Shown: in pieces, positions 18,310 to 29,474 of the stretch
How the letters are laid out: each line of letters opens with the position of its first letter
How positions within the stretch are numbered: position 1 is the first letter of the stretch
Source: Gemmatimonadales bacterium
GTDB lineage: Bacteria; Gemmatimonadota; Gemmatimonadetes; Gemmatimonadales; GWC2-71-9
Length of the DNA: 36,614 nucleotides
Assembly (NCBI GenBank): GCA_041599395.1
Contig: JBFHWR010000003.1
Location: forward strand, 1 to 36,614
Direction: 5' to 3'
Notes under the pieces: generated by a model
The model's database searches: none
The model's input: only the letters and a program-made list of their open reading frames with translations
Told to the model about the DNA's origin: nothing
Translations under genes and position numbers: made by a program

Positions 18310-18813
18310 TTAGGATCGAAAATTCCCGTACCTGAGCTCGATTCCATAGTCCTCTCCCCGGAGAAACGCGATTACTTCTTGCGCCGCGTCCCTGGAGGGA
18401 GCCGACACTCGGAGCTCGCCGCCCTGAATCGCTACCTGTACCTTCTTGAATCCCTGTGCCTTGATCGCCTTGACGATCGTCCGCGCCGTATCGTCCGGAA
18501 TCGCTTGGGTCAGGGTGGCTACGCGGCGCACTCTACCACCCCCCGCCTGTTCTATCTCCCCGGCCTGCAGATTCTTGATCGGGACTTTCCGCTGCACGAG
18601 TTTCGTCTGCAAAACGTCGTACAGCGCCTTCATTTTGAAGTCGTCGTCCGCGTCCAGCTTGATGGCGGCACCCTTACGATCAAACTCGATCGTACACTTC
18701 GTGCCCTTGAAATCGTACCGCTGGCGGACTTCTTTCATGGCATTGTTGACGGCGTTGTCAACCTCCTGGAGGTCGGCACCCGTCATGACGTCGAAACTCG
18801 CCTTGGAGGCCAT
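18310..18813 (-). CDS. yajQ: YajQ family nucleotide / c-di-GMP-binding protein
   Basis: SFDV, QEVDNAV, RYDFKG, KVQVAIQG.ELRVS, NFR. Start trimmed to ATG 18813. Confidence 0.95.
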   Translation of the reverse strand: MASKASFDVMTGADLQEVDNAVNNAMKEVRQRYDFKGTKCTIEFDRKGAAIKLDADDDFKMKALYDVLQTKLVQRKVPIKNLQAGEIEQAGGGRVRRVATLTQAIPDDTARTIVKAIKAQGFKKVQVAIQGGELRVSAPSRDAAQEVIAFLRGEDYGIELRYGNFRS

Positions 18814-18957
18814 AGCGACAATATTACCGTCGAGAACCAGGAAACACAGCGGCAACCTCGGGCATCCGAACTGCTATCGGAGGCGCCATGAAGATTCCAC
18901 AGGACCAATACCAGCAGATCGAAGCGGAGATTGCAAGCGATGCGAGCCCCGTGGGTA

Positions 18958-18985
18958 TTGACGCCAAGAAGACCCACATCATGAT
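18958..18985 (+). promoter_or_regulatory. Candidate sigma70 promoter for the M20 peptidase gene
   Basis: TTGACG-16 nt-CATGAT in the divergent intergenic region, 57 nt before ATG 19043. Confidence 0.3.
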
Positions 18986-19042
18986 TCTGCACATGTTGGG
19001 CGAGATCGAAAAGCGTCTTACACGACTCGAGCAGAGGCTCTC

Positions 19043-20638
19043 ATGAGCGAACGTCGGACGAGCAATCCAAAACCCGTGAGCCGACGCGACTTCATGCGCG
19101 CCGGTGCCGTAGGCGTTGGGACGGCAGCGTTAGGCGCCACGGGAACGCGACAGGGCCCGGAGCGTCCCCGCTTTCGGCTCACGACGAATGAGCGGTTTGA
19201 TGCGGCGAACGTGCCGGCCTACCGTCGCCAGCATCCGGCGGTGTACCGCTATATCGATCGAAACATCGACGGACATCTCGACGCCTTGCGGCGTTGGATT
19301 CGCCAGCCATCCGTCAGCGCACAGGGCACGGGCATCGAGGAGATGGCCGAGATGGTGCGCGCTGACCTCGAGGCCTTGGGGTTTCAGGAAACCGCCATCG
19401 TCCCCACCTCCGGACATCCGGGCGTCTGGGGGTTCTATGATGCCGGCGCGCCGAAAACGATGATGGTGTACTTGATGTATGACGTGCAGCCCGTGAATCC
19501 CGAAGACTGGCTGGTGCCGCCGTTCGAAGGGGCCATGGTGGAGCATGAGCTTGGCACCGTGCTGATGGGAAGAGGTGCGACAAACGAAAAGGGACCGGAG
19601 CGCGCGTTTCTCAATGCCCTGGAGGCCATCATCGCAACCGATGGGCAGTTGCCGATCAACGTCATGGTGACCGCGGAAGGCGAAGAGGAACTGGGCTCAC
19701 CCAACTATCCCGAAATCGTGGATCGGTATGAAGATCGGCTGCGGACGGCGAGCGGCGTCTTCTTTCCATTCAACTCGCAGAATGCGGCAGGAGACACGAC
19801 CCTCAATCTGGGAGTCAAAGGGATCCTCTACTTCGAGATGGAAGCGGTAGGCAACGAGCGCGGCGGACCCACTGGTGCCGAGATTCACGGTTCATACAAA
19901 GCCATCGTGGACGCTCCGGTGTGGCGGCTCGTCCAGGCCCTGGCTTCCCTGACCACGTATGACGGCAACACCATCGCCGTTCCGGGCTACTACGACGCCG
20001 TCCGCGCGCCGACAGATGAGGAGCAGCGATTGATCAACGGGGTGCTTCAGGACTGGGATCCGGCAGTGGTCAAGCGATCGCTCGGCGTTGAGCAGTGGAT
20101 CGACGACATGAATGCCACCGAGGCGCTGCTGAGTTATCTGTACCATCCCACCCTGAACATTGACGGGATCTGGGGCGGCTACACCGGCCCCGGATCGAAG
20201 ACCATTCTCCCTCACATGGCCACGGCGAAAGTGGACTCGCGCCTGCCGCCCGACCTTCGACCGGACGTCGCCCTGCGTCAAATCCGCCGTCACCTCGATG
20301 CCCGCGGCTTCGACGACATCACGATCCGTCAGCTGTCGGGCTATCCGCCGTCCCAGACATCCGTGAACGATGCCATGGTTCAGGCGGCGATCGGGGTGTT
20401 CAACAAATACACCGACCCACCTGGTGTGTGGCCCCGGTTAGCCGGCAGCGCGCCGTTTTACCAATTCACCGAGCGTCTGCAACTTCCGCTGGTTTTGGCA
20501 GGCTTGGGGCATGGTTCCGGCGCCCACGCTCCCAACGAATACATGGTGGTGAACCCGAAATCGGGATCCCCCATCTACGGCCTCGCGGGATCGGAAAAAT
20601 GGTATGCGGATATGATCTACGCGTTTGCCGACATGTGA
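19043..20638 (+). CDS. Tat-exported M20/M25/M40 family metallohydrolase
   Basis: SRRDFMR twin-arginine signal; MYDVQP, GRGATNEKG, EGEEELGS, HAPNE. Confidence 0.92.
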   Translation: MSERRTSNPKPVSRRDFMRAGAVGVGTAALGATGTRQGPERPRFRLTTNERFDAANVPAYRRQHPAVYRYIDRNIDGHLDALRRWIRQPSVSAQGTGIEEMAEMVRADLEALGFQETAIVPTSGHPGVWGFYDAGAPKTMMVYLMYDVQPVNPEDWLVPPFEGAMVEHELGTVLMGRGATNEKGPERAFLNALEAIIATDGQLPINVMVTAEGEEELGSPNYPEIVDRYEDRLRTASGVFFPFNSQNAAGDTTLNLGVKGILYFEMEAVGNERGGPTGAEIHGSYKAIVDAPVWRLVQALASLTTYDGNTIAVPGYYDAVRAPTDEEQRLINGVLQDWDPAVVKRSLGVEQWIDDMNATEALLSYLYHPTLNIDGIWGGYTGPGSKTILPHMATAKVDSRLPPDLRPDVALRQIRRHLDARGFDDITIRQLSGYPPSQTSVNDAMVQAAIGVFNKYTDPPGVWPRLAGSAPFYQFTERLQLPLVLAGLGHGSGAHAPNEYMVVNPKSGSPIYGLAGSEKWYADMIYAFADM

Positions 20639-20690
20639 GGAGATTCCCCCTTCTCCATCGAATCTTTCCTTTGTAGCTTGTAAGGCTGTT

Positions 20691-21641
20691 ATGGCCGAAA
20701 TCTCCCTCCGATCGAGCAAGATGCTGCTGATGTCCGGTTCTGCCAACCGGGCCCTGGCGGAGGAAATCGCGAACTGCCTTGACCAGGCACTCTGTCGCGT
20801 GACCCTCCGGCGTTTCGCGGATGGAGAGATTTTCGTGAAGATCGACGAGAACGTGCGGGGGCAGGATGTGTTCATTATCCAGCCCACCAATCCGCCCGCG
20901 GAGAACTTGCTCGAGCTGCTGATCATGATCGATGCGGCCCGGCGGGCGAGTGCGGCGCGCGTCACGGCCGTTATCCCGTATTACGGATATGGCCGGCAAG
21001 ATCGGAAAGACGAGCCGCGGGTCGCCATCAGCGCGAAGCTCGTCGCCAACCTGGTGGTCACGGCGGGTGCTGATCGGGTCTTGGGAATCGACTTCCACCA
21101 GCATCAGCTTCAGGGGTTCTTCGATATTCCGGTGGATCACTTGTACGCGGCGCCCGTCTTTGCCGAGCACTATCGACAAAAGCGCATGGAGCGCCTCGTC
21201 GTCGTAGCGCCGGATGCCGGCTCGGTAAAAATCGCTCGTGGATTCGCCAAACGGCTCGACGCGTCGCTTGCGATCGTGGACAAGCGTCGTCCGTCGGCGA
21301 ACATCGCGGAGGTCCTGAACGTGGTTGGTGATGTCGCGGGACGCGACTGCCTGTTGGTGGACGACATGATCGACACGGCCGGAACCGTTGCAGAGGCGAT
21401 CCGCGTCCTCAGGACGCGCGGCGTGCGCGAAGTCTACTGTTGCGCGACGCACGCGCTCCTCTCCGGCCCGGCGGTCGATCGCCTCGCGGCGGTGGAAGCA
21501 ACCGAAATTGCCGTCACCAATACCATTCGGATTCCGGAGGATCGCGTCTTTCCAGCGCTCAAGGTCCTCTCGGTCGCGCCGCTGTTGGCGCGCGCGATTC
21601 ATTCGACGCACAGCGACCAGTCCGTGAGTTCGCTCTTCTAG
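20691..21641 (+). CDS. prs: Ribose-phosphate pyrophosphokinase
   Basis: FADGE, PYYGYGRQDRK, QLQGFF, PDAG, DKRR, VDDMIDTAGT. Start trimmed to ATG 20691. Confidence 0.97.
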   Translation: MAEISLRSSKMLLMSGSANRALAEEIANCLDQALCRVTLRRFADGEIFVKIDENVRGQDVFIIQPTNPPAENLLELLIMIDAARRASAARVTAVIPYYGYGRQDRKDEPRVAISAKLVANLVVTAGADRVLGIDFHQHQLQGFFDIPVDHLYAAPVFAEHYRQKRMERLVVVAPDAGSVKIARGFAKRLDASLAIVDKRRPSANIAEVLNVVGDVAGRDCLLVDDMIDTAGTVAEAIRVLRTRGVREVYCCATHALLSGPAVDRLAAVEATEIAVTNTIRIPEDRVFPALKVLSVAPLLARAIHSTHSDQSVSSLF

Positions 21642-21668
21642 AACGATGATTGACGTCAGGTACACACT

Positions 21669-22328
21669 ATGACACAAACACTCAGCATTCGCGCCGAACC
21701 GCGTAGCGAGACCGGCAAGGGGCCGGCCCGCCGACTGCGTCAGGCCGGTAAAGTCCCGGGCGTGGTCTACGGGCACGGGCGCGAGCCGCAATCGCTCACG
21801 CTCGCGCGAAGTGACCTGGAGAAAGTGATGGTTGGCGTGGGCGGATCGACCATGATCGATCTCGAGATCGATGGTACGACGGTCCAGACGCTGGTTCGCG
21901 AAGTCCAACGGCACCCGACCCGGCTCGATATCACCCACATCGATTTCCTCGAAGTCCATGCCGGTGAGGTCATCACCGTCCCGGTCCCGATTCACCTGAT
22001 GGGTATCCCGGATGGCGTCCGCAACCAGGGCGGCGTATTGGATCAGACGCTCCGGGAAATCGAGATTCGCGTGTTGCCCAAGGACATCCCCGAGCACATC
22101 GAAGTCGACGTTTTGGAGCTCAGGGTCGGGCAGTCGGTGCACGTCAGTGACATCGAGGTGCCCAATGCCGTCATTCTGGAAGACGCCAATGCCACGATCT
22201 GCTCGGTGATCGCGCCCCGCGTGGAAGCGGAGCCCGAGGAGGCGGTGGAGGAGGAGGAAGAGGCCGCCGAACCGGAACTCATCCGGAAACCCAAAGCCGA
22301 GGGCGAAGAGGCCGCTCCAGAGGAATAA
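21669..22328 (+). CDS. rplY: 50S ribosomal protein L25 / Ctc (long form)
   Basis: GKGPARRLR..GKVPGVVYG, QRHP, HIDF, GVRNQGGVL, acidic tail. Confidence 0.96.
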   Translation: MTQTLSIRAEPRSETGKGPARRLRQAGKVPGVVYGHGREPQSLTLARSDLEKVMVGVGGSTMIDLEIDGTTVQTLVREVQRHPTRLDITHIDFLEVHAGEVITVPVPIHLMGIPDGVRNQGGVLDQTLREIEIRVLPKDIPEHIEVDVLELRVGQSVHVSDIEVPNAVILEDANATICSVIAPRVEAEPEEAVEEEEEAAEPELIRKPKAEGEEAAPEE

Positions 22329-22331
22329 GCG

Positions 22332-22908
22332 CTGCACCTTGTCCTCGCGCTGGGGAACCCCGGACCGGATTATGCGACGACTCGGCACAATGCTGGGTTC
22401 CTGTTGGCCGATGAACTGGTGGCGCGGTGGCACTTTCCGTCCTTCCGGCGCGTGCGCCGCGCCTACCGAACTGACGGGTACGTCCACGGCGATTCCGTCG
22501 TCTTGGTAAAGCCTCGCACGTACATGAATCTGAGCGGTCGCGTGCTCGCTCCCTTCCAGCGCGAGCCGGACTTCGACGCAGCGCAGCATCTCTTGGTCCT
22601 AGTAGACGAATTCGCCCTACCGCTTGGATCCTTTAGGATTCGAGCGCGTGGGTCCGCGGGGGGCCACAATGGGCTGGAGAGCGTGGAAGATGCGTTGGGA
22701 TCGCGTGAGTATGCTCGGCTTCGCATCGGCATCGGACCGCTCCCCGACGATGACATCGATCCCGCGGATTTCGTGCTGTCACCGTTTGAAGAGCAGGAAC
22801 TAAGTACCGTGAGGGAACTCCTTCCCACGCTCGCGGAAGCGACAGAGTGCTGGATCGGGGAAGGGATCGATACTGCCATGAACCGCTACAACCGACGAGG
22901 AATGAAGA

Positions 22909-22916
<8 letters not shown>
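22332..22916 (+). CDS. pth: Peptidyl-tRNA hydrolase (apparent CTG start)
   Basis: In-frame (L/M)[22 protein letters not shown] lies upstream of the ORF-track start at 22404; [25 protein letters not shown]. Confidence 0.95.
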
Positions 22917-24970
<2,054 letters not shown>

Positions 24971-24972
<2 letters not shown>

Positions 24973-25043
24973 CACGGGAGGCAGGGCGCGGGACGCGGGA
25001 CGAGATCGGGGTACACCTAACCCCGCGTCCAGCGTCCACCGCC
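24971..25043. repeat. Inverted heptamer arrays forming a hairpin after hppA
   Basis: gacacgg gaggcag ggcgcgg gacgcgg gacgaga (24971-25005) faces ccgcgtc cagcgtc caccgcc (25023-25043). Confidence 0.65.
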
Positions 25044-25062
25044 CCTTCTAGGTACATTTGTC

Positions 25063-25134
25063 TGGAAGTTTCGTGTCGCACGTTGGAAGCTGGAAGTTCG
25101 ATATTGTGTAGGTTGAACGTTGCACGTTGAACGT
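25063..25134. repeat. Degenerate heptamer tracts upstream of rpsF
   Basis: tggaagt ttcgtgt cgcacgt tggaagc tggaagt (25063-25097) and tgtaggt tgaacgt tgcacgt tgaacgt (25107-25134). Confidence 0.65.
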
Positions 25135-25139
25135 TGTTT

Positions 25140-25195
25140 ACACCTCCTACTCCGTCCAGCGCGGGCGGGGTCACTCAGTCCACAGGAATGGTGTC
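25140..25195 (+). promoter_or_regulatory. Candidate S6:S18 ribosomal protein leader RNA
   Basis: ACACC/GGTGT and TCCT/AGGA pairing sequesters the RBS; inner stem CTCCGTCC/GGGCGGGG; unpaired CCA just 5' of the SD, as in the known CCR-containing rpsF leader. Confidence 0.55.
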
Positions 25196-25561
25196 ATGGC
25201 GCGTGAATACGAAGTAGTCTACATCCTCGATCCCACGCTCGAGGCGGCGCAAGTCAATGAGCTGCTCGAGCGGCATCACCACTTACTCGTGTCGCCGGAA
25301 ACCGCCAACCCCGTCGCCCACTTGGACCACTGGGGCAAGCGGATGCTGGCGTATTCCCTGAAAGGTCGGGAACAGGGGTATTTCGTGGTGGCCCGTCTCG
25401 AAACCCAGCCGCATCTCCTTGCAGAGTTCGAGCGTTTCCTGAAGCTCGACGAAGCGGTCCTCCGCTACCTGATCGTGATCTCGGAAGGCATGACCGAACC
25501 GGTGCCGGGAACCGAGGAAGCAGGCGTCAATCTAGCGGCACCGGCCGAAGAGGGGGTGTGA
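25196..25561 (+). CDS. rpsF: 30S ribosomal protein S6
   Basis: REYEVVYILDP, WGKRMLAY, VLRYL. Start trimmed to ATG 25196. Confidence 0.96.
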   Translation: MAREYEVVYILDPTLEAAQVNELLERHHHLLVSPETANPVAHLDHWGKRMLAYSLKGREQGYFVVARLETQPHLLAEFERFLKLDEAVLRYLIVISEGMTEPVPGTEEAGVNLAAPAEEGV

Positions 25562-25562
25562 C

Positions 25563-25775
25563 ATGGCGCGCGGACAAAAGACCTGTCCCGTCTGTGAGTC
25601 AGGACTGCGGTACGTCGATTTCAAGAACGAGCGCATGCTGTCGCGGCTGACGTCGGAGCGGGGGAAGATCCTTCCGAGCCGACTGACGGGGATGTGCGCG
25701 CGTCACCAACGTCAAGTGTCGACCGCCATCAAACGGGCGCGGTTTCTCGCGCTCTTGCCGAACATCAAGGACTGA
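25563..25775 (+). CDS. rpsR: 30S ribosomal protein S18 (Zn-ribbon form)
   Basis: CPVC, VDFKN, GKILPSRLTGMCARHQR, AIKRAR.LALLP. Confidence 0.97.
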   Translation: MARGQKTCPVCESGLRYVDFKNERMLSRLTSERGKILPSRLTGMCARHQRQVSTAIKRARFLALLPNIKD

Positions 25776-25779
25776 CGAC

Positions 25780-26772
25780 GTGGGTGTACCGTCCCAGGGA
25801 TCCGGGGACGGTCACGCCCGCGTGACACCGTCGCGCGCGCCACGCCCGCAGGACATGTGGCGGCTCCTCGCGGCCACATTGGTGTTCCTGGCGTTTGCCC
25901 CGATTGCGCTGGTTGCAACCCCTGTGGCGGCGCTCCTGCTGCGCTCGGGAGCGAGACGGCCCGGCGAACTTGTTGCGCTTGCGATCACGGCAGCCTTGAG
26001 TGTAGGGTGGCTGCTCAACGTGGGGACGCTTCCCGATCAGGTTCTACGGGCTGTGGTCGTCATAACCGCGGCCGTGTTTGCGCTGTCCGCGGCGGGAGTA
26101 CGGCAGGTCCCGCATCGTGCGCTTCTTGCGGTCGCGAGCGCGGTTGTGTTTGTCAGCGCCATGTTTCCGGTGTTTGGCATATCATGGGAGGAACTGCACT
26201 GGTGGGTCGAACACGGGGCCTCACAGTCCGCCCGTGCCCTCCTGGCGGTATTGTGGGCCACCGCACCCACGGGACCCGACGGTCTGCCGGTCGCCGGGTC
26301 GCAGTCACTCGCCGCCCGCGCGGAAGTTTGGCTGGAAGACTCGGTGCAGTTCATGGCCGACTACTACCCGGCGATCGTCGCCATCCAGCTCTGCGCCGGA
26401 ATGGCGCTCGCCACCGCTCTGTACTTCCGCATGACGGACCACCCGCTCGGCAGCGCGCTCGGCCGCTTGCGCGACTTCCGCTTCAGCGAACACCTCGGGT
26501 GGATTGCAGTGCTCCCGCTGGTCATCGTGCTCGTCCCGGCGTTTGCGCCGGCCAGGCTGGTTGCGGTCAACGCGCTGCTGGTGATGGCGGCGTTCTACGC
26601 GACACGTGGCGCCGCCGTCGCTGTATGGGCGGTCGCGCGGCTCGAGGGTAATCGCGGCATGCTGGTGGCGCTCTCGCTCCTGATCGCCCTATTGCTGTTG
26701 CCCATCGCCGTCGCAGGCGTCATCCTTCTAGGAGTCGCCGACGCGCGGCTCGATTTGCGGGCTCGTCGGTGA
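25780..26772 (+). CDS. Membrane protein, likely DUF2232/YybS family
   Basis: Multi-TM; position between rpsR and rplI; C-terminal LLGVAD..LDLR.R. Start uncertain. Confidence 0.75.
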   Translation: MGVPSQGSGDGHARVTPSRAPRPQDMWRLLAATLVFLAFAPIALVATPVAALLLRSGARRPGELVALAITAALSVGWLLNVGTLPDQVLRAVVVITAAVFALSAAGVRQVPHRALLAVASAVVFVSAMFPVFGISWEELHWWVEHGASQSARALLAVLWATAPTGPDGLPVAGSQSLAARAEVWLEDSVQFMADYYPAIVAIQLCAGMALATALYFRMTDHPLGSALGRLRDFRFSEHLGWIAVLPLVIVLVPAFAPARLVAVNALLVMAAFYATRGAAVAVWAVARLEGNRGMLVALSLLIALLLLPIAVAGVILLGVADARLDLRARR

Positions 26773-26812
26773 CGGTGAGTTTCGAAAACATCAAATCTCA
26801 GAAGAGCACACG

Positions 26813-27259
26813 ATGGATGTCATTCTCAAGAAACACGTGATCAATGTCGGGCGGGCGGGTGAGGTCGTCTCCGTGAAACCCGGATACGCCCGGAATTACC
26901 TGATTCCGCAGGGGTTGGCCTTGCCGGCAACCAAGGCGAACCAACGCCGCATTGAGGCCGAGGCCAAGCACCGCTCCGTCCAGCTCGCCGCGGAATTGGG
27001 AGATGCTGAGGCACTTGCCGCGGCCCTCGAAAACGTGTCAACCACGTTTCACGCGAAAGCCGGCGAGGGCGACAAGCTGTTTGGCTCGGTGACGAGCGCC
27101 GACATAGCCGACCGCTTGGCCGAGCTGGGGTTTACCGTTGACAAACGGCACATCGAACTGAAAGAACCGCTCAAGATGATCGGCATTCACAAGGTGCCGA
27201 TCCGGTTGCATCCGGACGTCCGCGCCGAGGTCGAGGTGTCGGTCGCCAAAGAAGAGTAG
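26813..27259 (+). CDS. rplI: 50S ribosomal protein L9
   Basis: MDVIL, G..GEVVSVKPGYARNYLIPQGLA, KLFGSVT. Confidence 0.98.
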   Translation: MDVILKKHVINVGRAGEVVSVKPGYARNYLIPQGLALPATKANQRRIEAEAKHRSVQLAAELGDAEALAAALENVSTTFHAKAGEGDKLFGSVTSADIADRLAELGFTVDKRHIELKEPLKMIGIHKVPIRLHPDVRAEVEVSVAKEE

Positions 27260-29067
27260 TGCACGCAGTTCCGCTCGAGATCGCGTATCTCGACGGCCCG
27301 CGCCTGCTTCGGTCGGTGCGTGCCGCCGCCAACTGGGTTGAGGCGGGCCGCGAGCACCTGAACCGTATCAACGTCTTTCCGGTTCCGGACGGTGATACCG
27401 GAACCAACTTCGCCTCGACCCTCCGAGCCGTCGCGGATTCTGCGACCCGTCTCGGCCCCGCTCCCCTGGACGCCGTGGTAACGACCATGGCGCAAGCCGG
27501 CATCCTCGCCGCGCAAGGCAACTCCGGGATGTTGTTGTCCCAGTTCTTGCTCGGTTTTCGCAAAGCAATCGGCGACCGGCATACCGCCAAGACCGACGAG
27601 ATCGCCCGCGCGCTGCGGGTTGGATCGGATCAAGTCGCCGTCGCGCTCGATGAACCGGTCGAGGGTACCATCTTGACCGTCGCTCGGGACGTGGCGGACG
27701 CCGCGGAGCGCTTGGCGGCAGGGACCAAGAACGTGGCGGAGTTCATGCGCTTACTCGTCGCGCAAGCGCAAGCAAGCCTCAACCGCACTCCCGAACTGCT
27801 CGCGGTGCTCCGCGAATCGGGGGTCGTCGACGCCGGGGCCGGAGCATTCGTGCGGATGCTCGAGGGCGTCGTGCGCCTGATCGACGGCGATTCACTCGAT
27901 GAGACAACAGAGGAACCGCCGCCCGCCGTCCCGCATGCCGCAGCCGCTGCAACCGTCGCCATCGAGCGTGACTACCAGTATTGCACCGAGGTGCTGGTAA
28001 AAGGACAGACGTTCCCGGCCGCGACCGAGGTGCGAGCACACCTTCGCGATTTGGGCGGATCGATCGTCGTGCTGGCGACGGAGGAACTCCTCAAGCTGCA
28101 CATTCATACCGACACGCCGCAGCAGGTATTCGACTTGGCACGCACGTGGGGCATCGTCGAGTCGAAGAAGATGGACGACATGCGGCAGCAGCATGAACGC
28201 CTGCACGATACGCGCCGCAGGATCACCATCGTCCTCGACTCGTCGTGCGATCTGCCGGACGAACTGGTTGACCGACACGGGATGATCGTGGTCCCACTCC
28301 AGGTGATCTGCGGCGATGAGCGATTCCTTGACCGGGTAGAGCTTCGCGGAAAGGATCTCTACGACCGAATGCGGAATGCGACGGTCCCGTTCACCACGTC
28401 GCAACCGACCCCGGGGGCGTTGCTCCGCGCGTTCGAGGACGCACGCGCCGACGCCGATCAGGCACTCGGGATCTTTGTGTCGGGCGCCGTGTCCGGCACC
28501 CTTGCCTCGGCGGAGTTAGCCGCCAGGGCAAGTGAGCTGGACGGGATCACCGTCGTCGATTCACGCACGGCTTCGCTCGGGCTTGGCTTGCTCGCCCTTC
28601 TCGCGGCGGAGCTGGCCGAAGCCGGACGGTCGCTTCCGGAAATCCAGCGGGAATTGCAACGGGTGCGCGATCAGTCCGGCGCCATGTTTACGGTGGACAC
28701 GTTTGAAAACCTGCTGCGATCCGGTCGTGTCAGTCGCGGCAAGGCCTGGCTTGGAGGTTTGCTCGACTTGAAGCCCATCCTCGAGGTCGATTCGGGCGGG
28801 CGGGTGGTGCCCCTCGGGCGCGTACGCGGGCGCGAGGCGCTTATCCCGTGGGTGCTCGACCAACTGGAGTCCCGTCTCACCCCGCGACCGAAATCGCTGC
28901 GCCTGGGCGTGACCCATGCTGACGCACCCGATGCGGCGGACGAACTGCGCGCCGAGTTGGTACGGCGATACCAACCGCGGGATTGTCTCGTTACCGACGC
29001 CACCGCCGCGATTGGTGTTCACACGGGTCCGGGCGCGTGGGCGGTCTTTTACCAGATCGAGGATTGA
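27259..29067 (+). CDS. DAK2 (FakA-like) - DegV (FakB-like) fusion, fatty acid kinase system
   Basis: LNRINVFPVPDGDTGTN, GNSG, PVEGTILTV, GVVDAG, YCTE, HIHT, then DegV motifs DSSCDL, TTSQP, SGT, LKPIL, IGVHTGPG. Confidence 0.92.
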   Translation: MHAVPLEIAYLDGPRLLRSVRAAANWVEAGREHLNRINVFPVPDGDTGTNFASTLRAVADSATRLGPAPLDAVVTTMAQAGILAAQGNSGMLLSQFLLGFRKAIGDRHTAKTDEIARALRVGSDQVAVALDEPVEGTILTVARDVADAAERLAAGTKNVAEFMRLLVAQAQASLNRTPELLAVLRESGVVDAGAGAFVRMLEGVVRLIDGDSLDETTEEPPPAVPHAAAAATVAIERDYQYCTEVLVKGQTFPAATEVRAHLRDLGGSIVVLATEELLKLHIHTDTPQQVFDLARTWGIVESKKMDDMRQQHERLHDTRRRITIVLDSSCDLPDELVDRHGMIVVPLQVICGDERFLDRVELRGKDLYDRMRNATVPFTTSQPTPGALLRAFEDARADADQALGIFVSGAVSGTLASAELAARASELDGITVVDSRTASLGLGLLALLAAELAEAGRSLPEIQRELQRVRDQSGAMFTVDTFENLLRSGRVSRGKAWLGGLLDLKPILEVDSGGRVVPLGRVRGREALIPWVLDQLESRLTPRPKSLRLGVTHADAPDAADELRAELVRRYQPRDCLVTDATAAIGVHTGPGAWAVFYQIED

Positions 29068-29474
29068 GCGACTCCCCGCGCACGCAGAAGCCCAAGGGCT
29101 CGGGGCGCACCGCGCCGCGCCCACCGGATGTGCGGCGGGATGTCGATATCGCGGTAGCCACCCTGGACGAGCGCAAAGCGGCTGACATTGTCGTGCTCGA
29201 CCTGCGGGGGCTGAGTGATGCATGCGATTTCTTCATCATCGCAACCGGATCGTCCGAGACCCATGTCCGCGCGCTGAGTGAACATGTGATGGAACAGCTA
29301 GAGCGAGCCGGTCGTCGGCCACATCATGTCGAGGGCATGAGACTGGGCCGCTGGATGCTCCTCGACTACATCCACATCGTCGTGCACATCTTCCACCCAA
29401 CCCAGCGTCAGTTCTACCAGCTGGAGCGACTCTGGGCCGACGCGCCTCGGGTGACCGGGACGGCAAGACGGTGA
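29064..29474 (+). CDS. rsfS: Ribosome silencing factor
   Basis: KAADIVVLDL, DFFIIATG, EG..WMLLDY..IVVHIF..RQFYQLERLW. TTG 29064 overlaps the upstream TGA. Confidence 0.95.
   Translation: MSDSPRTQKPKGSGRTAPRPPDVRRDVDIAVATLDERKAADIVVLDLRGLSDACDFFIIATGSSETHVRALSEHVMEQLERAGRRPHHVEGMRLGRWMLLDYIHIVVHIFHPTQRQFYQLERLWADAPRVTGTARR

Noticed and set aside
17845-18891. 348-aa plus-strand ORF with HSP/LST repeats
   Set aside because: Antisense to yajQ and the HhH gene; the repeats are just the translated heptamer tract.
20691-21641. prs as a dedicated PRPP supplier for the glycan PRTase
   Set aside because: It lies in the standard prs-rplY-pth housekeeping operon; proximity is likely coincidental.
20466-22589. 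707-aa minus-strand ORF
   Set aside because: Antisense shadow of prs-rplY-pth, expected from GC-rich codon bias; no motifs.
27045-27060. parS-like CGTTTCACGCGAAAGC in rplI
   Set aside because: Several mismatches including the core, and it is explained by coding sequence (TFHAK).
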